From the NCBI GenBank assembly GCA_050084515.1, contig CM114271.1, positions 12,214,001 to 12,278,000 on the forward strand: a DNA stretch of 64,000 nt. The letters are read 5' to 3'. Below are positions 13,513-24,728 of this stretch, in pieces (within the stretch, counting starts at the first letter, position 1; each line of letters opens with the position of its first letter). The notes beneath the pieces were generated by a model. It had not been told where the DNA came from. It saw only the letters and a list, made by a program, of their open reading frames with translations, and did no database searches. The translations under genes were made by a program, and so were the position numbers. The stretch comes from Blasia pusilla. Lineage: Eukaryota.

Positions 13513-13527
13513 CAAAGAGAGAATGAG
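13512..13527 (+). promoter_or_regulatory. Putative self-priming primer-binding site
   Basis: acaaagagagaatgag, directly after A1, is the exact reverse complement of 13332-13347 (ctcattctctctttgt), ~28 nt downstream of the TATA-like box. No TGG-type tRNA PBS is present. Confidence 0.65.
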
Positions 13528-15090
13528 TGAGTGAGAGAGCTTCATGGGAGAGCTCGCTGGTTGCTTGATGTTTGGTGCAGGTTGGGGGTCCATGTTCCCC
13601 GCTTCATGGCTCATGGGCGTGCTCACCGGAGCAAGAGCCATGCAAGTTTGCTGTTTTGCTTTGCTGATTTTTTGTACGGAAGAGTGGCACGCGGAAGCGC
13701 TGCCCAATTTTTGATAGGAATTGAGTATGGGGGCGGATTGCTCCATGCCAGTGCTCTCTAGACCACCATGTAGCTTGTTGATTTGTGTTCTCATAGGTTT
13801 TATATTTTCGTTGGGAGAAATTAGCGCCGAAGTGCTGCCAAATTTTGTGTAGGAGAAAGAGACATTGGGCTTTACGACAATCTCGGTCTATTTTTACTGG
13901 AATGTCCGATTCAAAATATTTTTTAACGTAGTTGTAGATCGTCAAGTTGTGCACGTTGTACAATAAAAAGTGCGCAATTTGGAGTTGCGAGCAAAATATT
14001 ACAGTCAATCTTGCAAAACTGCCATTGCTAGGCAATTTTTAGGGTTAAATTGTTCAAACCCTAAAGTAGCCGCCGAGCCGGCGGCGGCCGTCGCCGTCAT
14101 AGTCATCATCAACGGTCCGTCGTCACCATCAATGGTCCACCATCCACTGTCCATTGTCGGCCGCCGCCGCCGCCTAGCATTGCTCAGAGCCGCGTTCGGT
14201 TGTTGTCCACCCTTTGGTTGCCATTGCCGCCATAACGGAGTGAAGGGTCTTCCACGACCACCGTTGATTCTCTAACTTGTGCCGCCACCACGTACTTTGG
14301 TTTGGCCACCACCATCATCGCATCTTTGTCATCAACAAGTGATGGCAGGTAACCTCGGGTTATGGCGTTTGAGTTTTCATTTCATGTTGCTATGTTGTGA
14401 TTGGTAGCGGCTCCACGACGATCAAGTACTATGCCGTGCCGCCCATAGCCACAACGTGCCGTCGATTGCCGCGCCGTGTCGCTCATGGCCGCACCACACA
14501 CTCTTGATCGCGGAGCCACTCCTTCACTAAGGAGCAGAGCATGTCAATTTCTGATTGAGGAGGGTATGCCGCCCAATGCCATATCCCATTCCCGAGTGCC
14601 GTGCCGTTTGTAGCCGTTTCGTGCCGCCAGTGCCGCATTAGACCGCTGGACCTCCACTGCACATCGAGGAGGTTTGAGCAGCATCAATACAAGAGGAGTA
14701 CGACTTGTTGATTGGAGGAGTTGGCTCCACGACCAAGTTGGGGTTGAGATTTGCAGTTGCCGAGGAGCGACATCAACATTATTGTCAGGTTACCCATTTT
14801 GGTCTCTTACTCTGCACGTGTGAGGGATTTTCGGGTATTGAGAAGTTATTTGGGATATTGGGTTTCATGTTGATGCTAGGAGCATCAATGATGTATGGGT
14901 TTAGGGGACATAGATCTATATGGGATGTCCAGAGTTGAGGATGGTTTGTCGATGAGATGATAGAACAGTTGATTTGCCGCACCACGCTACTTGTTGCCGA
15001 ACATGACACATCTCGGTGAGAGAGTGTAGATTGAGTGCTGCATGTTTAGTTCGAGTGATTGAGGGATTACTTGCAAGATTGAGAGTGATC

Positions 15091-16400
15091 ATGTGAGAGG
15101 GGCACGAGGCCATCACGACGTCCTTTCAGGATTTTGAGAGGCGAGCTAGTGGACCTGAGAGTAGCCCTGGAAGGTTTACCCGGGGTGGTGCGAGGTTTTG
15201 AGGGTCTCCACATGAGAGACCACCTCGATCTCCTTCAATATCATCTTCAGACGAGGGGGAGCATGTAGAGGAGTGTGTTAGTGATCCACCGTACACATTG
15301 AGTAGTCCTACCAGTTGGGCATACGAGATGGACGACCGGGGTAGCGGACCGCGTAGGTTTTCGAGTTCATAGGCACTATAGAGCTACATGACTTCATTTT
15401 AGAGTTTGAGAGTTGGTGTGACTCACAATGGGCTAGGAACTCTAGAGAGTTCAACCCGTTTACAACATGGAACAATGTGTTCTAGTATTTAGAGGGGGCG
15501 CCCATGGACGAATACCGTGAGTTCTCCCACAGATATGCCTAGGAGATTGAGGCATGGCGACTCTACTATGACCCACACTATGTGTCATGGAAGGAGCCGT
15601 TCCCAAATGAGGAGGAGGAGTCAAGAGAGGCTACTTCCTCTTCCACTAGTGATGTTTTAGGAGGGTTCACTCGCACTGGAGCTATTGCACCGTCTAGTCG
15701 GGTTTGTTCCAGGTTCAACCTCGTGGTTGAGTTCTTTGCTGAGTTGAGGGCGAGCTACCAGAGGGTACGGACGGAGAAGTTACAAAGCATCCATGACTTC
15801 TAGAGGCGCCCGGGTAAGAGTTTGCATGAGGCTTACACTCGCTTGCGCCGGTTGATCAACGTCACTCGAGGGGCGATAGAGGCTCAGGCTATCCAATCAA
15901 GGTACGCGATGTTCGACCGGATCCTACGGATACGGGTGCGGGAGGGGATGCTTCTTATGAACACCTCCCCTACGTTGAGAGATTGTTTTAGGACCGCCAA
16001 GAATATTGAGCGCAACATGGCGGAGGAGAGCGTAGCCACCATGGGTTCTAGGCGAGAGCAGTCACGATTGTCTGCACCACCTATACAACAACGTGGACTC
16101 CTAGATAGGTCCACTATGGCAGCACGAGCTCAGGGAGGATATCAAGAGGCCGTGCCACACAGACCTGCGCCTTCATATGCAGCTTGGCAGCAACCCCCTA
16201 CGATTACTTGTTGGCTAAGTGGTGGAGCCCATCATCAACGTGATTGGACTCGTTAGGGTCATAGATGTCTGCCTCAGCATGGCGGAGGAAATGATGTTGC
16301 AAAAGGAGGTTATTAGTGTGACTATTGTCAGAGATATGGTCACACACGCGCCAGGTGTTTCAGTTTACACCATGAGTTACGTCCAGATCGAGGGCCCGAG
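15091..16400 (+). pseudogene. gag region with two CCHC zinc knuckles, copy 1
   Basis: Capsid-like GxSLHEAYTRLRRLI, then CWLSGGAHHQRDW (copy 2 ends ...HQRDC) and CDYCQRYGHTRARC. Start approximate; stops and frameshifts present. Confidence 0.75.
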
Positions 16401-17289
16401 AGGGCACGACAGCGAGTAGCCGGTCCGGATGGGCCTAGAGATAGTGCACCTGATGGTCCTGTTGGGGGACGAGGAGCTGGAGTTGCCCAACAGGGTGGTG
16501 GAGCTACCCATGGAGGAGGTGGAGTCCCACCACCTAGACGCGTCGAGGGAGATGCCAGGCATGAGGCTGGGATGGCTGCTCAGATACAATAGCTACAAGA
16601 GCAGATTGCTGCTATGGCATTGAGATTACTCGATGCCGGATCCGTGGTATCGACATCATATGGAGCAGCCAGAAATATGGAGGATCCTGGTTGGATGTGT
16701 GCGATCACCCAAATGGAGGCCGCCATAGTTGTGATGGATGGAGCAGCCTTGGATCCACAGCGAGGGGAAGCGAGAAAACAGACCAGGCTTCCTAAGTCTT
16801 TCACGTTGTCCGAGGCAATGAGGACCCCATCGATGGGTCCTGATCAGAGTTCCTGGAGAGTTGGTGATGTTGTTGGTGTGTAGGCACGGAGGGCGATGGG
16901 AGAAGCAAGTGCGACAACTCCTATTGCTGATGCTCAAGCATGTGTCGAGCACGTTGTTGGGGGCGGCCACTGTTCTGTACCGCGCCCCTTTATTTTCTGC
17001 TTCCGATGTTATGACGTTGGGAGGTACGCCCGCCGAGGTTTTTTGGCTGGCCGCTATGCTATGTGAGCATGGAGTTGGAGTTCCTGTATCACAATTAGAA
17101 GTGATTGCAGAGGCGGTGATGGACCTGCCCTATGAACGGACACTCGGGCCGTCCACGTCAAATTCATGGCAGGCTGCGGCTGCTAGGATGGCTGAGATGC
17201 CCGCTAGACCGGCGACAGAGCATGCCATGGATTCTCCAAGTGTTGTATTGCTGGATAACTGGGGAGAGGTCTTCTAGTTGGTGAGTCCC

Positions 17290-17660
17290 GGAGGTAGAGC
17301 TTTTAGTCCGCAACGCGTCTTGTTGGATTCAAGAGCGCTACCCCTGATGTTCGGAAAGCATCAGTGAAAGGATTGGGCTTGACAAGAGCCGATGTGGAGC
17401 ATTTTCCATTCCGGATACATACATCCTTGGGTGGAGCGAGTACCACATAGTATATCACCCGACAAGAGGTGGTGGTGAGGATTCGCTCGGAACATCCTAC
17501 AGATGAGTCCGTGGTGCGAGCCAAGGCGATAGTGATTGATGCAGAGTCCTACGACGTCTTGGTTAGTGGAGAAGTGTTATACCTGATGGGGTTTTCCTTG
17601 GATTGCTGGGAGGAGTCAGCATCCTACAGACCAAGATGGTAGTCAGGTGATGGGCGCCTT
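17290..17660 (+). pseudogene. Retropepsin aspartic protease, copy 1
   Basis: RVLLDSRA at ~17314-17337 (copy 2 keeps RVLLDSGAQPLMLG), with downstream YDVLVSG (DxLLG-like motif). Confidence 0.8.
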
Positions 17661-18029
17661 AGCTCATTACCCGTTTGATTCACAGGTGTAGTGATCGAGC
17701 GACGGCGAGGAGAGATGGCGACCTTAGCAACATTTAGCAGTGCGATGACTTGGCCTAGTGATTTGATTAAGGGACATGTCCATGCAGAGGATACTCCCAT
17801 TCCTGAAATTTCTATGGGGAGGAGTGTCATGGTAGCTGCATCAATGTGTGGAGGAGAGGTGCCACTTTGAGGCTTGATTGAGGAGCTTCAACGCTTAGCC
17901 ACTCAGTATCTGCAGACCGCGTGTAGCGAGACGTTTGCACCAGAGTGTGACGGGTGAGAGGAACCTTAGGTAGGCAGGAGTGCTACTTTGACCCTTTTGA
18001 ACACCACCTCAATTGTATGGTGCATCCCA

Positions 18030-19000
18030 GAGGAGGGTATTTGGATGTTGGATCTCTTTGGAGGGATCGGCAATGGGTTAGTTGCTATTTTGCACGCTGG
18101 AGTGCGCGTGCAGGAGAACGTGTATGTGGAGATTGATGATGTTGCAAGGCGCGCTTCACTTCACCATGTGGCGCTGTTATGCCTCCGTTTTCCCGACTTG
18201 TTGTCTGCGTGCGCCATTCAGGGTTACCAGAGTTCCCTACCGAGGGACATTTCATTGTTGGGGGGCCAAGACTTGGAGCGGGTAGGGACCATAGACTTGG
18301 TCATTGCTCGTTGGCTGTGTCCAGGCCAATCAAGAGCTGGACGAGGTAGCGGGTTAGCTGACACTTGGTCCAAGTTATTTTGGGAGATGATGCGGATCTT
18401 GCAACATTTATAGAAGCATCAGCCTCGTTCTCCAGCATACATTTTGGAGAATGTGTCGATTTTGGGCGATTCGAGGTCGTGCGTGGTGACGAGTGCACAT
18501 CAGGTGCGCACATGGATCGGCTCGACAGTGTTGTTAGATGCGGTGAGTTTAGGTTCTACAACACACCGCCCGCGTCTTTGGTGGACCAATTTGGTACCAC
18601 ACGAAGTGTTGCGGAGGGCTTATGCGAGAGTGGAGCGTCCCTCCTATTTGTTGGTGGATTCTATATTGGATCCATGCCATCGATCACAAGCGGTGAGGCA
18701 CGATGATCGACCGCCGTTGACTATAGTCAATAGGATTGGCATGCCACGAGCAACCTTTCCCACATTGGTGAGGTTTCCCGCTTCTTATGCATTCAAGGAG
18801 GCCCGACCTGCCTTGGTTTGGGATGACCAGGTACAGAGGTTGGTGGAACCCAACGCCGATGAGCAAGAGCGAGCAATGGGATTCCCCACAAGAGTGACGG
18901 CAGTACTGTCACTATCGGAGGCATCAAAACGTCAACTCTTGGGTCACGCGATGGACTTGAACTGCTTAACATGGATTTTCAGCTTTGGAGTAGCTAAGCA
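18030..19000 (+). pseudogene. C5-cytosine DNA methyltransferase domain, DNMT3-like, within pol, copy 1
   Basis: Motifs in canonical order: I LDLFGGIG, II YVEID, III RDI, IV VIARWLCPGQSRAG (copy 2 ISGWPC*), VI YILENV, VIII HRPRLWWTN, IX-X ERAMGFP...RQLLGHAMD. One reading frame 17988-19022 broken by a single TAG at 18411. Confidence 0.92.
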
Positions 19001-19295
19001 ACGTCGTTTGAGGATGCGATAGTTCACAAAAATTTTGTTGGTGGGCCCCATGCCTACCAAGACGGTCAAGGCAGTGGCTGGGGGCGAGACCTAAAGACAT
19101 CGACATACCAGGGATGATCGAAAGAGACACCCTTGGACTTCTTGGGATGTTTTGCAGGTACACCAAGAGATGATAGCCATAGCATCGAGCGTGGTTCCGG
19201 GTACTACATGTGGAGATGAGAGTTCTATTGTCCGAGACGGGGTTGCACCATAGCAACCACCAAAATCCGCGCCGGAGAGTCCTAGTATAGTCACG

Positions 19296-20260
19296 ATGGA
19301 GACTTGGGAGCCACATATGGGCCCTAAGTTGACAGGAGGAGAGCGGCGTCAGATACACCATTTCCTTAGGAGTTATAGGAGATGTTTTGCTTTTAGTATG
19401 CATGATTTGGGTATGCTGAAGGGTCTAGGGATCCGAATTGAGTTGTCGAGTGACACGCCGATCTTCCCACGACCCTATAGGTACAGTGACATGGAGAGGG
19501 GTCTAATTCAAAGAAGGAGCCAAGACTTGGTTGGAGCAGGACTAGTGGAGATTTGCATGGAGAGTATGCATCTGCCCCTATCATGCCCGCCAAGAAGGAT
19601 GTGCATGGCAATTAGACGGATAGGCGGATGTGTGGAGATTACCGCCCTATCAATCGACATACAAAGTTTGATAGGTATACCATGCCCACCCCTGAGGAGA
19701 TCTTTGATATGATTGGGCATGCAAAGATCTTCAGTTCATTGGATTTGCGAGCCGGATACCATCAACTGCCTATAAGATTGGAGGACATACCAAAGACGGC
19801 ATTTTGGGGCATCAATCCTCACGGGAAGGATTGTTTGTACCGGTGGAGGTTCCTACCATTCAAGTTAAATAATGCTCCAGATGAGTGACAAAGGATCATG
19901 GATAGGATCTTGGCAAGTGTGGATTTTTCTAGGTGTTATATTGATAACATCGTAGTCTTTAGCACCACGGTTGAGGAGCATGAGCGACATCTAGAGGAGG
20001 TGTTTCGACGATTGCAGTTATATGGGCTGAAGCTATATCTAGGCAAGTGCAAGTTCTTCTACGGGTAGATTGAGTACTTGGGTCATACGATATACCTAGG
20101 GGGCCTTGGTGAGCAATAGACAAAGGTAGAGGCTATTTCATGTATTCCACGTGCTACAGATATGAGTCGAGTTCGTGCATTCATGGGATTGGCAAACTTC
20201 TATCAACGGTATGTGAAGGGTTTCAGTTCAATTGCGAAGCCGCTAACCTTGATAACCAAG
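19296..20260 (+). pseudogene. Ty3/gypsy reverse transcriptase, copy 1
   Basis: RMCGDYRPIN, IFSSLDLRAGYHQL, KTAF, PFKLNNAP, YIDNI (19937; YIDD variant), KCKF, YLGH, FMGLANFY. Confidence 0.95.
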
Positions 20261-20329
20261 ATGGATCAGGAGTGGCACTAGGGGGATGAGCAAGAGAGAA
20301 AATTTCAGATGCTCAAGGATAGATTGACG

Positions 20330-20740
20330 TCCGCGCCCATATTGAGGAGACCGATCAAGGGGCGTCTTTTCCGGTTGTATACCGATTGGAGCATGTTGGG
20401 GCTTGGAGTCGTGCTCAGCGAGCATGACGATGATGAGAATTTGTGGTGGCTTACGCTAGTCGCTTGAACAACGCTGCATAGGCAAAGTATAGCTTGTATG
20501 AGGGTGAGTGCTTGGCTGCAATGTGGGTTGTCGCACATTTTAGATGTTCTCTATTTGGAAATCCCTTTACCATCATTACTGATCATCAGCCACTAAAGTG
20601 GTTGATGGAGTCCGACAAGCTTACAAGGAAGCTTGCAAGGTGGGCTCTTTTGTTGCAGGATTATGACTTCCAGGTGGTGCTGCATAGACCTGGGACACTC
20701 AACCAAGATGCAGATGGTTTGAGCCGTAATCGATACCCGA
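20330..20740 (+). pseudogene. Ty3/gypsy RNase H, copy 1
   Basis: LYTDWSMLGLG, VVAYASR, YEGECLA, IITDHQPLKWL, LARWALLLQDYDF, NQDADGLSR. Confidence 0.93.
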
Positions 20741-21099
20741 GTCAGCAAGATGCGACTAGAGCTCGTTGGCATGGTGAGAGTGATGAGGAGTTGGTGCTAG
20801 GATGGCATGCGTCAGCCTATTTGGGCTTGTTGGCCATGGAGAGCCAGATTGCTGAGACTTTGATGGCGAGGTCTAATGGAGAGTCCGTAGATCCAAAGGC
20901 CCATGAGAAGATGACAGGTGGCCGAGACATTCACGACGATGGAGTGGTCTTGGAGTACTTGCGTACTGGCAGCGTCGCGAGCACAATGGGTGCTAGAGAG
21001 CGGGATCGGATCCTACAGCAAGCCAGACGGTTTTGGTGGGAGGGCACACATGTGTTGCGAGTGTGGGAGGATGGTAGAGTGCGTGTAGTGCCTCATCTT

Positions 21100-22160
21100 T
21101 TGTAGAGAGCATGTTTGGTGCATCATGCCTACGAGGAGTTGGGTCATTTTGGAGTGAAGGGGACGTACAACTTGCGCCAGATTCAGTATTGGTGGCGAGG
21201 CATGCAGACTGACGTTCAACAGTTTGTTTCCAGATGCATGGTGTGTGATCAAGTGTGAGCATCGTTCAATGCTCCCACTCCATAGTTGCATCCACTTCCG
21301 TTCATGGGCTTAGGTTATAGATGGAGTTTAGATTTTGCAGCACCTTTACCTTTGACGAGGCGCCATAGTCATTATGTGTTGGTGATGGTCGAGCACTTCT
21401 CGAAATGGATAGAGTTGGTTGCATTGTCTGACAAAGCGAGTGAGAGAGTAGCATATGCCTCCTAAGATCGAGTGTTGAGACATTACGGCGCACCAACTAA
21501 GGTGTTGACAGACCAGGGTATAGAGTTTTGTTGGGAGTTTCAGGCCTTGTGTGATCAGACACTGATTGACCACCACACTACTTCGCGAGATCATCCTGAG
21601 GCGGATGGACTAGCAGAGCGGGTTGTGTAGACGGTGAAGAGAGGACTACGCAAGTATGACTTTCAGAGAGTTCACCTAGGAGATTGGGACCTTTAGTTGC
21701 CGTGGTTGGCGATGGGATACACATTCAGCAGGCAGGCATCCTTAACGTCTTTCTCACCGTACTTGTTGCTTTATGGCTGAGAGCCAAATTTACGTGCGGC
21801 CATTCCTCGAGATGTTGATGAGGTTTTGAACCTTGATGACCCAGATGTTTGGATGCGAGCATGTTCTCAGAGGGCTGAGCTATTTTGGAGAGTGATGCCC
21901 ATGGCGTTTAAGAACTTGGCGATTGCGCAATATCGGGATACGTTGAGGTATGTGACTATTTGGGGAGGTGGTTATCGACCTCCTATCCCAAGGTTTCATC
22001 AGGGAGATTATGTCTACTTGCAGCAGAAGGCGCTCACAACATTGGATGTGACTACAGGCCGTACCATCTTGAGAGTGTGTGAGGTTTTGCCATCCACTGT
22101 TCTCTTATTGGAGGGACGCGATGGTATGGTTTGGAAGGACCATGTGCCTAACTGTACGTC
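21100..22160 (+). pseudogene. DDE integrase (HHCC zinc-binding region plus rve core), copy 1
   Basis: LGHFG...WWRGM...CMVC, WSLDF, VLTDQGIEF, HPEADGLAERVV*TVK, FSPYLLLYG. Confidence 0.92.
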
Positions 22161-22227
22161 ATGTCATCTTCCGAACATTGATGGTACATTTGATCCAAGC
22201 TTAGCAATAGTTCTTTTAGGCTTGCGG

Positions 22228-22368
22228 TGTATGTTGTGTGGTTTCGTCCGTGGCGCAGCCACTATGCTAGTCTGTGATGGGTGTTCGAGAGGATGGCATA
22301 TGGCATGTTTGACGCCACCTCTCACTAGGGTTCCTCAGGGACGATGGATGTGTCCCAAATGTACATAG
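22228..22368 (+). pseudogene. C-terminal PHD finger (C4HC3) of the polyprotein, copy 1
   Basis: CMLCGFVRGAATMLVCDGCSRGWHMACLTPPLTRVPQGRWMCPKCT* has all eight zinc ligands and the conserved W. Confidence 0.92.
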
Positions 22369-22547
22369 AGTAGGTAGTTCTACATTCCGACTTGTGTCTG
22401 TGATATGGATGACAAGAAGGCGACTAACGACGGGACCACATGAGCACCTGACCTGCTTGCTCTTAGCGTCCGAGAGATGTATGTCATAGTAGGTAGGGAT
22501 AGATGGCTATTTGGAGTTAGAGGGACCTAATCACCAACTAGGGGTCA

Positions 22548-22675
22548 ATTGGAGATATTTTGGTACTTCTTGTCTCATTGTTTGGATGCCATGAGTTAGC
22601 ATGGGATCGTGCGTGTTTGTGTTTGTGTTCGGTGACAACGATGTATGTTGTGTAACGATGTGTATGCGCACGACA
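22548..22675 (+). repeat. Terminal repeat B of copy 1 (128 bp)
   Basis: Matches the reverse complements of 47422-47549 and 48065-48192. Preceded by actagggg; ends in CA. Confidence 0.9.
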
Positions 22676-24250
22676 TTTTGTTAAAAGAGGAATTTGTAGT
22701 TAAATATAATTTTTAGTTCCACTATCAAATATATCACGAGATGATCTCCTTTGTATTAGAAAACAATATGCAATATCTTGCATAATGTTGAGATTGGGAT
22801 GATAAAAATCGTGACTTATATTATGATTCACTTTTCTTTTCTCCTAGGATGAATTAATTATCCTTTGGACTGATGACGCAGGTAAGACTACTGGTCCGGA
22901 AGAAGGATTTGGCAACTTGAGAAGGGTCTTATAATATCTATCAAATGGGTTAATCTGGAGATTTACATGAAGCAGGTGTTATAATAGGTGGTATAGAATA
23001 CTTGACGTAAGGCACTTTGCTGCTAAGGTTGAAAGTAATACAAGGAGAGTCTAAAATAGAGGTGGCTGAGAAAAATCCTTTATGGAAACCATTGGAAAAT
23101 TTCTCCACTCATATTAAGGAATTTGTTACGGAAAAAAGTTGGAAGTGGAAAGGATTCACATGATCTAGTATAGCTCTAATGTAGGATGGAGTCATATATA
23201 CAATGCGGCTCATTATCAATGCAAAAATCACAAACATGGAATCTTCCTAGTTCGGGTACCATAAAATCTCTTAGGAATCCATTGCACAAGGCATAAAGTT
23301 GGTTGGATATAGATTCAAATACACACATTCGTGAAAGTTGATTCCAATACATGACATAGCCATAGTAAACGAAACATTGCATATTCTTTATTATATTATA
23401 GTAGAATCCTTGCTATCTTCTCATAAATGAAATTGATGTTGACCAATTTGAACATTGCGGCCTACAACCTACCTTCCTAGAGAGGGCAAATCTAGTTTGC
23501 ATCTTGAGTTGGAAATACTTCAACCTAGATTTGGTGAAGAGAAGCGTTATTCTCTAATGTCGCTTATTTGATTTTGTTTCTAAGGTTAAGCGAAGGGGAT
23601 GCCCTATGAGTCATGCAAGAGAGCAATACTCACTAGGATACTATATGGAAAGTATATATATGATTACCTATATTACGCAATTGACCAAATTTTTCATGTA
23701 TAAAGCAAACTACATAACTTTTCTTCACTTACTGTACTTTCCTACAGTCGATTGTAATTTCAAGAGCTCAAAGTGTCATAATATCATGATTTTAGATTAT
23801 TTGGGAAGATATGGATGAGGTCGAAAAAAAATTCTAAAATATCATTTAGGATTTTTCTAATCCTTAGTCACCAAAATTATTGATCGCCTCCAAAGTCTTT
23901 TCAACTTTAAGACTTAACATGAATCTTCCACCTTCTAAACTAATTCTCCATCTTAAATCTCTGTTCCCAAAACTAAATTTGGATGCACTCTTTCCTCATT
24001 TCTCTCCTTGTATATCAAGGATTTTAATAAAATGTCTCATATTATTCTAATATCATGTAGAAAAATTCCTAAATTAACAAGCGTAGCTCATGTCATATGA
24101 ATCTCACATATACACACCAACATAGAGAATTAAATTCTACAATGAGAGAATGATTGAGGATTAGTCCCTTCTAAATATTATTACAAGAAAATTAAACCCT
24201 AACCATAATCTTTAATTATACTAAATATCGTTAAATTATCCTTATTAAAG

Positions 24251-24720
24251 TGTCACATCTTAGTTAGTCAACAAAAAAGTTATATTTTGTTGACAACATA
24301 AAGAGGATCAATGGGCTTGTTAGGCTTTACTTCATCACAAGGTGTTGGATGAGGTTGGAGTTAGCTCCATTGCATTAAGATTTTCGTTTAGGAAAATCCC
24401 TTTTTCGCTATTTTAGGCTAAATTATCTATTGATCAAGTCAACAATCACATGGTGACTTGTGTGTGCACATTACTGATTTTGGGCTATTTTTGGCTTTTG
24501 AATCTAGGGGTATATACGATGGGAGAGATGGCTTTCATAAGCCATCTAAGGTTTTTCATATAAAGTCTTTGGAGGATTTCAAGATTTAGGTTTGCAAGGG
24601 CTTGCGTCCGGATTCCCTCATGGCAAAGGATGGATGTGGCTTGATATGTCAATGTATATTCATGAGCAGATTTGGCTGGGAATTAGTACTTATCAGCAAC
24701 AGTTGGTTAACCTTTAATTG
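24251..24720 (+). mobile_element. 5'-terminal A repeat of a third related subfamily (truncated)
   Basis: Begins TGtcacatc. Shares ggatgaggttgg, gggctatttttggct, gggtata, agatggcttt...aagccatct and gattccctcat...ggatgtgg.ttgatatg blocks with 9562-10035. Confidence 0.7.
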
Positions 24721-24728
24721 TTATACCT

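Larger units (their letters stand above)
12984..22675 (+). mobile_element. Ty3/gypsy-type retroelement with DNMT and PHD domains, copy 1 (A1-body-B structure)
   Basis: Starts tttcacgtcttttaggatag (copy 2: TGtcacg...) and ends gcgcacgaCA. Flanks are tttc / tttt, a possible 4-bp TSD with one mismatch. Colinear with the reverse complement of 48065-61120 apart from the copia insertion. Confidence 0.93.

Noticed and set aside
17988-19022. Host DRM/DNMT3 gene or bacterial restriction-modification methyltransferase
   Set aside because: Intronless, embedded between protease and RT in two TE copies, motif order not DRM-permuted, and no UBA/PWWP domains or neighbouring endonuclease.
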